Origin: Idiomarina loihiensis L2TR
GTDB taxonomy: Bacteria; Pseudomonadota; Gammaproteobacteria; Enterobacterales; Alteromonadaceae
DNA: 32,000 nt
Reading direction: 5' to 3'
NCBI RefSeq assembly: GCF_000008465.1
Contig: NC_006512.1
Location: 900,001-932,000 of the forward strand
Shown: positions 1 to 10,302 of the stretch, in pieces
Position numbering within the stretch: position 1 is the first letter of the stretch
How the letters are laid out: each line of letters starts with the position of its first letter
Notes under the pieces: model-generated
What the model was told of the DNA's origin: nothing
The model's input: the letters and a program-made list of their open reading frames with translations, nothing else
Database searches by the model: none
Program-made: the position numbers and the translations under genes

Positions 1-735
1 CTCTGCGTTCTTGCTAATCAGTGTACCTTCTTCTTCACCCATTATCACGGCTCGTAAGGCACCCGGCTTATTCATATTAAACACCCGGATAGGCAAAGCG
101 TGATCACGCGCCAGAGTAAAAGCCGCTAAATCCATTACTTTTAACTGTTTTTCCAGTATATCATCGTAATTAATATGCTTATACAAAGTCGCATCCGGGT
201 TACTCACCGGGTCATCAGAATATACTCCGTCAACCTTGGTTCCCTTAAGTACGACTTCAGCTTCAATTTCGATACCGCGCAAACAAGCGGCAGAATCTGT
301 AGTAAAGAACGGATTACCGGTTCCCGCAGAAAATATCACTACACGTCCTGATTTTAGCAAACTGATGGCTTCTGCCCAGTTGTAACTGTCACAAACACCG
401 GTCAATTCAATAGCTGACATTAAACGTGCGTTAACAAAGGCACGGTGTAAAGCGTCGCGCATAGCCAGGCCATTCATTACAGTGGCCAACATGCCCATGT
501 GGTCGCCCACAACCCGATTCATACCCGCTTTTGCTAAGCCTTCTCCACGGAATAAGTTACCGCCCCCAATGACTAAACCAACCTGAACCCCAAGTTCAAC
601 CAATTCTTTAATTTCCTGCGCCATACGATCAAGTACTTTGGCGTCAATACCAAATGGCTCATCTCCCATAAGGGCTTCACCACTGAGTTTTAACAATATG
701 CGTCGATAACTGGGTTTCGGATGGGTGCTCATCAT
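1..735 (-). CDS. pyrH: UMP kinase (uridylate kinase); the 3' end runs off the window start
   Basis: Absent from the ORF track because there is no stop inside the window. My minus-strand translation reads M(M)[43 protein letters not shown] ... [36 protein letters not shown]. It is collinear with E. coli PyrH almost to its C-terminus. The start is ATG at 732 or 735, preceded by AAGGAAAGAG. The pyrH-tsf-rpsB order is the classic one. Confidence 0.9.
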   Translation of the reverse strand, partial: MMSTHPKPSYRRILLKLSGEALMGDEPFGIDAKVLDRMAQEIKELVELGVQVGLVIGGGNLFRGEGLAKAGMNRVVGDHMGMLATVMNGLAMRDALHRAFVNARLMSAIELTGVCDSYNWAEAISLLKSGRVVIFSAGTGNPFFTTDSAACLRGIEIEAEVVLKGTKVDGVYSDDPVSNPDATLYKHINYDDILEKQLKVMDLAAFTLARDHALPIRVFNMNKPGALRAVIMGEEEGTLISKNAE

Positions 736-759
736 TGCCTCTACTCTTTCCTTTAGTTT

Positions 760-795
760 AAAAAAAACCGCGTCCTGAACGCTCAAGACGCGGTT
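760..795 (-). terminator. Rho-independent terminator downstream of tsf
   Basis: A 9-bp perfect stem (766-774 AACCGCGTC pairs with 787-795 GACGCGGTT) with a 12-nt loop. On the minus strand it is followed by a U-run (plus-strand A-run 760-767). It lies 40 nt after the tsf stop. Confidence 0.8.
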
Positions 796-835
796 TATAA
801 TTTTCTATTTCATGGGGCTGGTCGAGACCACGCTA

Positions 836-1714
836 TTAGCCTTTACTCGCTGCCGCCACTTGTGCCTGAACTTCAGAAGCAAAATCTTCTTCTTTACGTT
901 CAATACCTTCACCCACTTCAAAGCGAACGAAAGTCACAACATCAGCACCAGCTTTCTTCAATAACTCACCAACAGTCATTGATGGATCTTTAACGAAAGG
1001 CTGACCTGTCAGGCTGATTTCGCCGGTAAACTTACGCATACGGCCTTCAACCATTTTTTCAGCAATTTCTTTCGGCTTACCGCTTTGCATTGCGATATCA
1101 ACCTGAATAGAACGCTCTTTTTCTACAACTTCAGCTGCAACGTCTTCAGGCTTAACGAATTGCGGGCTGCTTGCTGCAACATGCATGCACAGGTCACGAG
1201 CCAGATCTTCGTCACCGCCAGTTAAAGCAACAGCAACACCAATGCGGGCACCGTGAGTATAAGTCGCAACAACGTCGCCAGCTTCAAGAGTTTGAACACG
1301 ACGAACGTTCATGTTCTCGCCAATTTTAGCCACTAAATCTTCACGAGTTTTCTCAACAGTCTGACCATCGATGTCAGTTGTTTTTAATGCTTCAACGTCA
1401 TTTTCTTTATTAGCAAATGCTGCGTTGATAACTTTATCACCGAATTCCAGGAAGCTGTCATCGCGAGCAACAAAGTCGGTTTCACAGTTCAGTTCAACCA
1501 AAGTTGCCTGATTACCTTCAGATTTAACTAAGATAACGCCTTCAGCCGCAACACGGCCTGCTTTTTTAGCTGCTTTTGCCTGACCGCTCTTACGCATCAG
1601 TTCAATTGCCGCTTCCATATCACCGTCGACTTCCTGCAATGCTTTCTTGCAGTCCATCATGCCAGCGCCTGTGCGCTCGCGCAGTTCTTTAACTAGAGCT
1701 GCTGTAATAGCCAT
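836..1714 (-). CDS. tsf: Translation elongation factor Ts
   Basis: 292-aa ORF. The N-terminus [26 protein letters not shown] is the canonical EF-Ts UBA-like motif. It lies immediately downstream of rpsB. Confidence 0.97.
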   Translation of the reverse strand: MAITAALVKELRERTGAGMMDCKKALQEVDGDMEAAIELMRKSGQAKAAKKAGRVAAEGVILVKSEGNQATLVELNCETDFVARDDSFLEFGDKVINAAFANKENDVEALKTTDIDGQTVEKTREDLVAKIGENMNVRRVQTLEAGDVVATYTHGARIGVAVALTGGDEDLARDLCMHVAASSPQFVKPEDVAAEVVEKERSIQVDIAMQSGKPKEIAEKMVEGRMRKFTGEISLTGQPFVKDPSMTVGELLKKAGADVVTFVRFEVGEGIERKEEDFASEVQAQVAAASKG

Positions 1715-1729
1715 GATTCTATTCCTCGA

Positions 1730-2458
1730 TTATTCAGTTGCTTCGACGAAATCGTCTGAGTCTTTCGCTTCAACTTGCGCTGTACGTGCTTCTTTTACCG
1801 CTTCAGCTGCAGTGTTCAAGTATAATTGAACCGCACGGATTGCGTCATCGTTACCTGGAACAATGTAGTCCACACCGTCAGGGTTAGAGTTTGTATCCAC
1901 AACAGAAACAACTGGAATGCCCAGGTTATTTGCTTCTTTAATAGAGATGTGTTCGTGATCTGCGTCGATAACAAACAGAACGTCTGGTAAGCCGCCCATG
2001 TTTTTGATACCGCCTAAGCCTTTTTCCAGCTTTTCCATTTCACGAGTATTAACCAAAGCTTCTTTCTTGGTCAGTTTCTCGAAAGTACCGTCCTGGCTCA
2101 TTGTTTCAAGGTCTTTTAGACGCTTGATTGATTGACGAACTGTTTTCCAGTTAGTCAACATGCCGCCTAACCAACGGTGGTTTACATAGTACTGACCACA
2201 GTTAATGGCTGCTTCTTTAACCGCTTCAGCTGCTGCGCGCTTAGTACCAACAAACAGGATTTTGCCTTTGTTAGAAGCAACGTGCTGCATATAGCTCAAC
2301 GCGTCGTTGAACATAGGCACAGTTTTTTCGAGGTTAATGATATGAATTTTGTTACGAGCACCAAAAATGTAAGGTTTCATTTTTGGGTTCCAGAAACGAG
2401 TTTGGTGACCGAAGTGGACACCCGCTTTCAGCATGTCACGCATTGACACGTTAGCCAT
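1730..2458 (-). CDS. rpsB: 30S ribosomal protein S2
   Basis: 242-aa [36 protein letters not shown] is the canonical S2 N-terminus. AAGGAAA Shine-Dalgarno (SD) upstream of the ATG. Confidence 0.97.
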   Translation of the reverse strand: MANVSMRDMLKAGVHFGHQTRFWNPKMKPYIFGARNKIHIINLEKTVPMFNDALSYMQHVASNKGKILFVGTKRAAAEAVKEAAINCGQYYVNHRWLGGMLTNWKTVRQSIKRLKDLETMSQDGTFEKLTKKEALVNTREMEKLEKGLGGIKNMGGLPDVLFVIDADHEHISIKEANNLGIPVVSVVDTNSNPDGVDYIVPGNDDAIRAVQLYLNTAAEAVKEARTAQVEAKDSDDFVEATE

Positions 2459-2620
2459 AATATTTTCCTTTTTAGGGGGTTAAGCCTCCATACATCCCAT
2501 AAGCCGACCTGTTCTTAGACAAGCACCCCGCCTTATGTGTCGATGTATGTGTGGATTATAATTTACATACAAGTGTACTTTGTTGGCATAAGGCCAAAAA
2601 AGCGTGCGTTTTATACCATA
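2459..2620 (-). promoter_or_regulatory. rpsB promoter (extended -10) plus long 5' leader; candidate S2-autoregulated rpsB leader
   Basis: The minus strand reads TATGGTATAAA (plus-strand 2610-2620). That is one mismatch from the TGTGGTATAAA extended -10 I recall as conserved for gammaproteobacterial rpsB. It predicts a leader of about 145 nt before the rpsB ATG, similar in length to the E. coli leader. I did not fold the structure. Confidence 0.45.
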
Positions 2621-2743
2621 AAGCCGAGCCCTGCACAACAAAAAACCTTCGCTAACTTCTGCTTTGACCCACCTCAAAGATAGCGAATTTTATCAGTCAC
2701 TGTTAAACTGTCGGCTTTTCCAGCAGTCATGGACAGGAAGAGA

Positions 2744-3532
2744 ATGACCATCTCAATTAAGACACCCGAAGAAATCGAAAAAATGCGCGCCGCAGGCAAG
2801 CTCGCTGCCAGTGTGCTTGAAATGATTGGTGAGCACATCAAACCCGGCGTAACCACGGAAGAACTGGATGATATCTGCCATAAGTACATCACGGATCATA
2901 ACGCCTATCCAGCACCATTAAACTATCACGGTTTCCCTAAATCGATATGTACGTCGGTTAACCATTGTGTCTGTCATGGTATTCCTGGCCCGAAAAAACT
3001 GAAAGACGGCGATATCATGAATATTGACGTTACCGTTAAACTGGATGGTTACCATGGCGACACTTCGAAAATGTTTGTTGTGGGTAAACCTTCAATAATG
3101 GCCGAGCGGTTAATTAAGGTAACTCAGGAGTCGCTTTATAAAGCCATAGAAATGGTCAAGCCAGGTATCAAGCTGGGTGACTTTGCTGAAGTTATTCAGA
3201 AACACGCCGAAGGCCATGGCTATTCTATTGTTAGAGAGTACTGCGGTCACGGTATTGGCTCTGTATTCCATGAAGACCCACAAATTCTGCATTACGGTGA
3301 GGCAGGTACTGGCGAAGAGCTAAAAGCCGGTATGTGTTTCACTATTGAACCTATGGTAAATGTGGGTAAGCGCCACACTAAACTGATGAAAGACGGCTGG
3401 ACCGTACTGACTAAAGATCGCAGCTTAAGTGCACAGTGGGAACATACATTATTAGTTACCGATAACGGTGTTGAAGTACTGACACTGCGCAGTGATGAGC
3501 CTGACTTAGCGCGAGTTATCGAGCACAGCTAA
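2744..3532 (+). CDS. map: Methionine aminopeptidase, type I
   Basis: The ORF track starts at 2729, but the ATG at 2744 is preceded by AGGAAGAG. It gives MTISIKTPEEIEKMRAAG, which aligns with the E. coli Map N-terminus MAISIKTPEDIEKMRVAG. Metal-binding motifs are present (DVTV..DGYHGD, HGIG, TIEP). Confidence 0.95.
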   Translation: MTISIKTPEEIEKMRAAGKLAASVLEMIGEHIKPGVTTEELDDICHKYITDHNAYPAPLNYHGFPKSICTSVNHCVCHGIPGPKKLKDGDIMNIDVTVKLDGYHGDTSKMFVVGKPSIMAERLIKVTQESLYKAIEMVKPGIKLGDFAEVIQKHAEGHGYSIVREYCGHGIGSVFHEDPQILHYGEAGTGEELKAGMCFTIEPMVNVGKRHTKLMKDGWTVLTKDRSLSAQWEHTLLVTDNGVEVLTLRSDEPDLARVIEHS

Positions 3533-3552
3533 CGCATTTGCAGGGGGAGCCT

Positions 3553-6192
3553 ATGGCTAACGTTCAAGAAGATAAAGACTTTCACGGGCGCTGGCCTGAC
3601 CGAACCCTGCAACCTTGCCTAAAAGACTACAAAGCGCTTTTAGAAAGTTACCAAAACTGGTCTGCAGCACGTTTTGTTACCGCCGATATCGATGAGCTGG
3701 TTCATCACCGTGCGACCTTCTTTGACCAGCTAATTAGCCAGTTGTGGCAGCAATTTCAGCTTGAAGACGAGCCGGCAAGTATTTTAGCTGTGGGTGGCTA
3801 TGGTCGTGAGACTCTGCACCCGGGTTCAGATATCGACCTGCTCATTTTAGTGGGCCCTGAAAATGCTGAAGCCGAAGCTAAGTTGTCTGAAAAACTCGGA
3901 CAGTTTGTTACCTTTTTATGGGACCTGCACCTGGATATCGGCCATTCGGTACGTACTATCGAAGACTGCTTCGCTCAGTCAGAAAACGATATCACGATAG
4001 CCACAAACCTTATTGAAAGCCGATACCTCTCAGGAGCTGAATCGCTTTACAATGAATTTCATCAACAGTTGTTAAATGACTTCCCCTGGTCAAGCCGCGA
4101 TTTCTATCAGGCCAAGCTGGATGAACAAAAGCAGCGCCACCAGCAATACCACAGTACATCTTATAACCTGGAACCGAATATTAAATCGAGCCCCGGAGGG
4201 CTACGTGATATTCAGACCGTAGGCTGGATTGCTAAACGTCATTTCCGTACTCACTCAGATGAAAACCTGGTTGAGTACGGTTATATGACAGCCGATGAAT
4301 TCGTTGAACTGCGTGACTGCATGAACTGGCTATGGCGCATACGCTTTGCCCTTCATCTGGAAGCAGGTAAACGCGAAGACCGCTTACTCTTTGACTTTCA
4401 GCCAGGCGTTGCTGTTCGTCTGGGCTACGGTAATGACGGTAAGGCATCCGTTGAAACCATGATGAAAGATTACTTTAAAGTGGTCTTACGCGTCAGCGAG
4501 CTTAACCAGATGCTTCTGCAGTTTTTTCATCAGGCGATATTAGGAACACAGGACTTACAACACGCTGAACATATTAGCGATGACTTTGCGGTTGCGAATA
4601 AACTGTTAACAGCACGCCACGACAATGTATTTGATAATCACTGCAATATTATCCGCGCTTTTGTCTGCATTGCGGAACACCCGCAAATACAGGGCATACA
4701 CTCGAATACCATACGTTTACTCAGAAATGCCCGAGCCCAATTAAGCGAACCGTTAAGCCATGACCCAGAATGCCGCGACTTATTCAATCAGCTGATTCAG
4801 CATCCCAGAGGCTGTGGTTTGTCCTTTGCACTGATGCATCACCACAGTGTACTGGCAAGCTACCTGTCGCAGTGGCAACAAATTGTCGGGCAAATGCAAT
4901 TTGACCTTTTTCACGCTTACACAGTGGATGAACACACCTTTCGTTTAGTGAGAAACTTATACCGCTTTAGCGACGAAGATTATCAGGATCAGTTTCCACT
5001 ATGCGAGAAGCTGGTTGCACAAATGGATCGTCGCTATTGCCTGTATCTGGCGGGTATTTTCCATGACATAGCTAAAGGTCGCGGCGGCGATCATTCAGAG
5101 CTTGGCGAAATGGATGCGCGTAATTTTTGCCATCAACACGGTTACAGTGAAGAAGACGCAGAGCTGGTGGCCTGGCTGGTGCGGCATCATTTAACCATGT
5201 CGGTTACCGCGCAAAAGCGGGATATCCATGACCCCGAAGTCATCCAGGACTTTGCGAATCAAGTTTCTACGCCCGAGCGGTTAGACTACCTTTACTGTCT
5301 TACGGTGGCAGATATTCGCGCAACCAACCAGTCGCTTTGGAACAACTGGAAAGCAACTTTACTGGAAGAGCTTTATAACGCCACTTCGTACTTACTGCAG
5401 CAGGACAGCAATAAGCCTACCCTGGATATTCGCCAAAAAATAAATGAAAATAAAGCCAGTGCAATGGCATTACTATTAAGCGCAGGCTTTGAAAAAGCTG
5501 AGATTCTGGCGTTATGGGGGCGTTTTACCGCAGATTATTTCTTCCGCCATACGGCAGAGCAAATCAGTTGGCATTCACAGCATATTCTGAACCTGCCAAG
5601 CGAGCAGTTGCCGCTCATTCTTATTGGGGATGAGAACAACTACGGCACAACTGAGTTGTTTATCTACCACCACGAAGAGGGGCATTTGTTTGCCTCGGTT
5701 GCGGGCGTGCTGGACAGTCAGCAACTCAACATTCTGGACGCACAAATTCTGGCTACCCGCGATGGCTTTGTCATGGATACTTTCGTTGTGCTGCAACGGG
5801 ACGGCAAGCCGTTAACAGAACCTCATCGTATTGAGGAGGTAAAACAACAATTGCTGGATGTCCTGCATAAACGGATACCCGTTCCCAGCACTAAGCGGCC
5901 ATTGTCGCGTCGCATGAAGAACTTTTCGGTGGCAACTGAGGTCACCTTTATACCCAGTAAACACCACGGCCGTACCACCTTCGAACTGGTAACACTGGAC
6001 AGGCCGGGGCTTATTGCTAAACTTGCCGCTATTTTGCAGCAACAGAACGTTATCCTGCTGGCAGCAAAAATCACCACCATAGGCGAGCAGGCAGAAGATT
6101 TATTTATTGTCACTACCGAGCAGCAAACCGCCCTTAGCGACAAACAGAAAAAAACATTGAAAGCAAAAATTATCAAAGACCTGGAGTTTTAA
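3553..6192 (+). CDS. glnD: Bifunctional [protein-PII] uridylyltransferase / uridylyl-removing enzyme
   Basis: About 880 aa. Contains a nucleotidyltransferase motif (GGYGRETLHPGSDIDLLIL), an HD domain (FHDIAKGRGGDHSELG) and two C-terminal ACT-like repeats. The map-glnD-dapD order matches enterics. I prefer the ATG at 3553 (GGGGAG SD) over the TTG at 3538 used by the ORF track. Confidence 0.95.
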   Translation: MANVQEDKDFHGRWPDRTLQPCLKDYKALLESYQNWSAARFVTADIDELVHHRATFFDQLISQLWQQFQLEDEPASILAVGGYGRETLHPGSDIDLLILVGPENAEAEAKLSEKLGQFVTFLWDLHLDIGHSVRTIEDCFAQSENDITIATNLIESRYLSGAESLYNEFHQQLLNDFPWSSRDFYQAKLDEQKQRHQQYHSTSYNLEPNIKSSPGGLRDIQTVGWIAKRHFRTHSDENLVEYGYMTADEFVELRDCMNWLWRIRFALHLEAGKREDRLLFDFQPGVAVRLGYGNDGKASVETMMKDYFKVVLRVSELNQMLLQFFHQAILGTQDLQHAEHISDDFAVANKLLTARHDNVFDNHCNIIRAFVCIAEHPQIQGIHSNTIRLLRNARAQLSEPLSHDPECRDLFNQLIQHPRGCGLSFALMHHHSVLASYLSQWQQIVGQMQFDLFHAYTVDEHTFRLVRNLYRFSDEDYQDQFPLCEKLVAQMDRRYCLYLAGIFHDIAKGRGGDHSELGEMDARNFCHQHGYSEEDAELVAWLVRHHLTMSVTAQKRDIHDPEVIQDFANQVSTPERLDYLYCLTVADIRATNQSLWNNWKATLLEELYNATSYLLQQDSNKPTLDIRQKINENKASAMALLLSAGFEKAEILALWGRFTADYFFRHTAEQISWHSQHILNLPSEQLPLILIGDENNYGTTELFIYHHEEGHLFASVAGVLDSQQLNILDAQILATRDGFVMDTFVVLQRDGKPLTEPHRIEEVKQQLLDVLHKRIPVPSTKRPLSRRMKNFSVATEVTFIPSKHHGRTTFELVTLDRPGLIAKLAAILQQQNVILLAAKITTIGEQAEDLFIVTTEQQTALSDKQKKTLKAKIIKDLEF

Positions 6193-6201
6193 ATTCTTAT
6201 C

Positions 6202-7026
6202 ATGGAAAACATAAAACAGCGCATCATTGATGCATTTGAACAACGTGATCAAATCAATGCTCGAACCGAAAACGACGACCTACGCGAAGCTGTGCGTTAC
6301 GTTATCGACGAGATTGACCGCGGCGAGTTACGGGTTGCAGAAAAAGTTTCCGGTGAATGGGTTGTTCATCAATGGCTTAAGAAAGCGGTTCTGTTGTCAT
6401 TTCGCTTAAACGACAACGACCTGATTGAAGGCGGAGAAACCCGCTTCTGGGACAAAGTCCCGGCCAAATTTGCTGACTATGACAGTGCCCGTTTCCGTGC
6501 CGAAGGCATGCGGGTTGTACCACCCGCGATGGTTCGTAAAGGTGCCTTTATCGGCCGCAACGTTGTCGTAATGCCATCGTACGTTAATATTGGTGCACAC
6601 GTTGGTGAAGGCACTATGGTGGATACCTGGGCTACCGTGGGCTCTTGTGCGCAAATTGGAAAAAATGTTCACTTATCCGGCGGGGTTGGTATCGGTGGGG
6701 TTTTAGAACCATTGCAGGCTAATCCGACTATTATTGAAGATAACTGCTTCATTGGTGCGCGCTCAGAAATTGTTGAAGGCGTTATTGTTGAAGAAGGCGC
6801 GGTGATTTCCATGGGCGTTTACATTGGCCAGAGCACGCGTATTTATGACCGCGAAAATGACCGCATTCTATATGGTCGCGTACCTTCAGGTTCCGTTGTT
6901 GTACCAGGTTCATTGCCTTCTGCAAACGGAACGCACAGCCTTTACGCTGCCATCATTGTTAAGCGGGTTGATGCTAAAACTCGTGCCAAAGTGGGTATCA
7001 ATGCCCTGCTACGCAGCGCGGAATAA
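6202..7026 (+). CDS. dapD: 2,3,4,5-tetrahydropyridine-2,6-dicarboxylate N-succinyltransferase
   Basis: 274 aa, near-collinear with E. coli DapD ([79 protein letters not shown]). Confidence 0.96.
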   Translation: MENIKQRIIDAFEQRDQINARTENDDLREAVRYVIDEIDRGELRVAEKVSGEWVVHQWLKKAVLLSFRLNDNDLIEGGETRFWDKVPAKFADYDSARFRAEGMRVVPPAMVRKGAFIGRNVVVMPSYVNIGAHVGEGTMVDTWATVGSCAQIGKNVHLSGGVGIGGVLEPLQANPTIIEDNCFIGARSEIVEGVIVEEGAVISMGVYIGQSTRIYDRENDRILYGRVPSGSVVVPGSLPSANGTHSLYAAIIVKRVDAKTRAKVGINALLRSAE

Positions 7027-7029
7027 CTT

Positions 7030-7740
7030 TTACTTAAGAAATGGCTGGTGAAACTCATCCGGCAGTGGTATTTCCAAATTGATGGACTCGCCACTGACCG
7101 GATGTTTAAAGCTAAGTCCAGTCGCTGCCAGCAGTAAACGGTGGCAATTAAAGTGCTCGCGAAAAAAGTTATTATGCCGTCCATCACCATGGTTTGTATC
7201 ACCAACAATGGGATGCCTAATGTGTGCCATGTGTCTACGTAATTGATGCTTGCGCCCCGTTTCCGGTTGCATCTGAACCAGTGAATACCGTGTGGTGTCA
7301 TGTTTTTTACTGACTTTATAAGGCAGTTCAATCTGCTTTAAACATTGATAATGCGTTACCGCCGGCTGCTTATCTTTATCCGGATCCGCGTCTTTATCAG
7401 CAAGCTTATCCAGTTCTTCTTTCAGCGCGTAATCGATAGTACCGTTTTCTGGTACGTAGCCTCGGACCACAGCGTGGTATGTTTTGCTCACTTCGCGCGC
7501 GGTCAGTTGCTCTGTCAGAGTACGGGCGACATCGCTGTTTAAGCCAAAGATCAACAAACCGGATGTAGGGCGATCTAAACGATGAACAGGGTAAACGTGG
7601 CAGCCAAGTTGATTCCGCAGCATCTGCATTGCAAACTCGCGGGCACCGCTGGCTATACGGCTTCGATGAACCAATAAGCCACTGGGCTTATTAATAACGG
7701 CAAGGTGCTCATCCAGATAAACAACTTCTAACTGACTCAC
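7030..7740 (-). CDS. truC: tRNA pseudouridine(65) synthase TruC (RluA family)
   Basis: 236 aa. Contains LAVINKPSGLLVHRS and the catalytic HRLDRPTSGLL motif. Size and the position directly downstream of yqcC match E. coli truC (yqcB). GTG start. Confidence 0.85.
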   Translation of the reverse strand: MSQLEVVYLDEHLAVINKPSGLLVHRSRIASGAREFAMQMLRNQLGCHVYPVHRLDRPTSGLLIFGLNSDVARTLTEQLTAREVSKTYHAVVRGYVPENGTIDYALKEELDKLADKDADPDKDKQPAVTHYQCLKQIELPYKVSKKHDTTRYSLVQMQPETGRKHQLRRHMAHIRHPIVGDTNHGDGRHNNFFREHFNCHRLLLAATGLSFKHPVSGESINLEIPLPDEFHQPFLK

Positions 7741-7742
7741 CG

Positions 7743-8087
7743 TTAAACATCTTCCTGCAAGGGGTCAGTTCCGCTGAGCAACACATCAAATTCACGTATC
7801 AGTGCAATAAGTTGTTCGTATTGTTCCAGCTCGCTGCGGTAGATATGCGCAGCCATGGGGCTAACGGCAATACCCTCAGGCAAAGGGCGCTTGCTATCCA
7901 CTAAGGCCCACATTCGGGGAAGCATAATAAACTGCAACCACTGATGAAACTCCAGCGTGTCGACAGCAAAAGGCTGCTGACTCTCTAACGCCTGCACCGG
8001 CGGGTGGTGAGACTGCCATAAGCCAAGACTGTTCAGTTCACGCTCTATTCTATCCAGCAATCGAGCGGCTTTCTGATACTGCTCCAT
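7743..8087 (-). CDS. yqcC: YqcC family protein (DUF446)
   Basis: The motif FHQWLQFIMLPRM resembles E. coli YqcC LEWLQWVLIPRM. It lies immediately upstream of truC, as in E. coli. I prefer the ATG at 8087 (ACGGAG SD, 114 aa) over the GTG at 8105 used by the ORF track. Confidence 0.75.
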   Translation of the reverse strand: MEQYQKAARLLDRIERELNSLGLWQSHHPPVQALESQQPFAVDTLEFHQWLQFIMLPRMWALVDSKRPLPEGIAVSPMAAHIYRSELEQYEQLIALIREFDVLLSGTDPLQEDV

Positions 8088-8180
8088 ATCAGACTCCGTT
8101 ACCACATCATTGTATAAACCGATATAATGGCGCCATAGTGATTTAATACGCCTTAAAATTCAAGCAAAAAGGGAGCGCCT

Positions 8181-9212
8181 GTGTCAGCACCGACCATCAC
8201 CACCTTGGGTGAGTTTTTGCAAGCCGGCCAAGCCGAATACAAAATTTTTGATATTGGCAGATGCCTGACGGAGCTGTCTCAAGAAGAGTTTGCAGCCATT
8301 GAGCAACAACAGCGTCCGTACCCCTACCCCATTGCGCGGCAAGCTCAATTGGCAATACTGTTCCAGCATAAACAACATGACCAACAGCCTTTTATTTGGT
8401 TTTTGCAATTTCCGTTGGACGAGCGCGGTCTTTTAAATATAGCCGCACGTAATCAATACCTGGAGTATGTGGTCAATGCATTGGGCCATGAAATAACCGG
8501 AGAAATGACCGAAGAGCAGCAAAAGCAGCTGCAACAAAACCCGTATTTATTAACGCCGAATGAGCAACAGCGCGCGGCTTTGCATGCCCGGGTTCAGCGC
8601 CAGCAAAAGTTGTCGCCGTCTATACATTTTGAAACGGCGGAAGCGTATTTAAAGCAGCCTGAAAGCGGCATAGACTGGCAACAAATGGGCTTGCAGGGGT
8701 TACATGACTGCGCTGCCCGGTTAGAGCAATTGCCGGAACTGAGCAAAGCCATAGCAACGCATTTCTCTCATTATCCGAGTGCGGTGCGCCAGCCGTTGGC
8801 GGTTGCGCTTGAGCAACAAAGCCTGACGCCACCGGTAAGAGACGCTCTTCTGCAAAACCTCGAGAGCAGTAATGCTCAACTATGCACTGACAGTTTGCGT
8901 GCGCTGGCCTCCGCTTCAGCTCATCCTCGGGTAAAAAAGGCAGTAAACAAGCTGGTTCCACATGCCAATGCCGATCAGCTCGTTGTTATTGCTGCGCGTT
9001 TATGGCCCGTGCTTTGCGAAGAGCAAAATTTGTTGCGCTACTTAGACGCCATAGCAGAGCTTGATAATTCACTGTTTGATGCCTTATTCCAGGATATTAT
9101 TGCCCTGCCGGACATACGTCCGTTACTGTTATCTATTATTGCTCAACAAAAACAGTCTGCGGCGGTTAATGAAGCATTAAACCGATTAAAACAACAGACT
9201 CAGGGAAGCTGA
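8181..9212 (+). CDS. Uncharacterised soluble, Gln/acid-rich protein; I recall it as DUF3549 family
   Basis: 343-aa ORF with a GTG start and a strong AAGGGAG SD. No TM segments. The motifs RPYPYP and FIWFLQFPLDERGLL match my memory of Vibrio/Alteromonas DUF3549 proteins. The family name is from recall only. Confidence 0.6.
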   Translation: MSAPTITTLGEFLQAGQAEYKIFDIGRCLTELSQEEFAAIEQQQRPYPYPIARQAQLAILFQHKQHDQQPFIWFLQFPLDERGLLNIAARNQYLEYVVNALGHEITGEMTEEQQKQLQQNPYLLTPNEQQRAALHARVQRQQKLSPSIHFETAEAYLKQPESGIDWQQMGLQGLHDCAARLEQLPELSKAIATHFSHYPSAVRQPLAVALEQQSLTPPVRDALLQNLESSNAQLCTDSLRALASASAHPRVKKAVNKLVPHANADQLVVIAARLWPVLCEEQNLLRYLDAIAELDNSLFDALFQDIIALPDIRPLLLSIIAQQKQSAAVNEALNRLKQQTQGS

Positions 9213-9523
9213 TGAATTTACTCGATGTCATTGTTTTACTGGCGCTGGCAACCGCAATATGGGTGTTTTGGCAACACCGCCAACAGTCAGAAAGCGCACA
9301 AAAACATGCAGTATTTTACTGTAAGCAGCAGGGGCTTCAGTTTTTAGATATTCGTCGCGAGGACACGCGCTGGTCTTTTAAAGGCAGCCAGCCGGGCTGG
9401 CGTAGTACTTTTAAAATGGGCTTTAGTAGCGACGGCGAAACTCGTTATGAAGGCGACTTAACCCTTCATAACCAGCGTTTGGTAGGTGTTGAGCTACCGC
9501 CGTTTCGAATTCCCGCGCAATAA
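9212..9523 (+). CDS. Small single-pass membrane protein; I recall it as DUF3301 family
   Basis: 103 aa with an N-terminal hydrophobic helix (LLDVIVLLALATAIWVFW). The start overlaps the upstream stop (TGATG), implying translational coupling. Confidence 0.6.
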   Translation: MNLLDVIVLLALATAIWVFWQHRQQSESAQKHAVFYCKQQGLQFLDIRREDTRWSFKGSQPGWRSTFKMGFSSDGETRYEGDLTLHNQRLVGVELPPFRIPAQ

Positions 9524-9524
9524 T

Positions 9525-10205
9525 TTAATCAGGCTGCCGTTGGTAGAACAGAACTTCACCTGGCAGCTTTTCCACTTCTATCTGAGCTTGAATGCGATAG
9601 CCGCGCTTTTTAAAGAAAGCCTGATAATCCGAACGAGTCACGTAAACGGCTATCCCTTGTGATTCCGGGTCTTCCTCAAAAACCGCTTTGGCAGCTTCAA
9701 CAAGTAAATGCCCCACTCCCTGCGACTGATACTGTGGTGCTACCGCAATAAATGCCAGCATATGGTAAGGCACATCAGGCATCGCTTCCTGAATTAAGCG
9801 TTCCTTTTCAAGTACCTGCTTAGTACTCAAAAAACCAGCCGTTAATAACATGCTTATTCGCCAATGCCAGAAACGTCCGGGACCAAAGCTTTTACCAGGA
9901 CGGGTAAGACACGCGACACCTAGTAGTGTGCCACCATCTCTAATACCAATAATAGGCTGTCCGCTTTCCCAGAAAGCGTTTAAGTCTTCGCGGATAGCCG
10001 CCCGTAAACGCTTATCGTAGTCAGGTTTGTCTGACCGGAAAATCTTTTGCAGTAATTCATCATCGTAATACGTCTGGAACAAAAGCGAGGCCGCTAATTT
10101 CAGATCTTCAGCAACAAGGTAAACCAGCTCGCCCTGAACATGCTCATTGCTGTTTTCACCTGCTTCATCAATTTCGTTTTCCGTTTTTTCTGTCAGACCC
10201 TGCAT
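9525..10205 (-). CDS. GNAT family N-acetyltransferase with an acidic N-terminal extension
   Basis: 226 aa. Acetyl-CoA binding motif A (QSQGVGHLLVEAA) and a GNAT-like C-terminal beta-strand pattern. The substrate cannot be determined from the sequence. Confidence 0.7.
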   Translation of the reverse strand: MQGLTEKTENEIDEAGENSNEHVQGELVYLVAEDLKLAASLLFQTYYDDELLQKIFRSDKPDYDKRLRAAIREDLNAFWESGQPIIGIRDGGTLLGVACLTRPGKSFGPGRFWHWRISMLLTAGFLSTKQVLEKERLIQEAMPDVPYHMLAFIAVAPQYQSQGVGHLLVEAAKAVFEEDPESQGIAVYVTRSDYQAFFKKRGYRIQAQIEVEKLPGEVLFYQRQPD

Positions 10206-10302
10206 AATGAATAGCCAATTGTTAGTTTTTCATAACACCAACTTAACCATTTTTCGGAATTCTGTCGAGAGTCATTTATCCGCCATTCAGGCAAGACTCT
10301 CA

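Noticed and set aside
2480-2892. Two minus-strand ORFs (65 aa at 2480-2677 and 72 aa at 2674-2892) in and around the rpsB-map intergenic region.
   Set aside because: The first lies inside the predicted rpsB leader. The second is antisense to the map 5' end. Both have odd composition (Cys/Arg/His-rich, Ser-rich), with no SD and no motif.
10240-10300. The inverted repeat GAGAGTC...GACTCTC downstream of syd, and the ACTGGCT...AGTCAGT repeat after the 507-aa gene (18580-18610), considered as terminators.
   Set aside because: The 7-bp stems have 15- to 22-nt loops and no following U-tract on the relevant strand. This is too weak to call.
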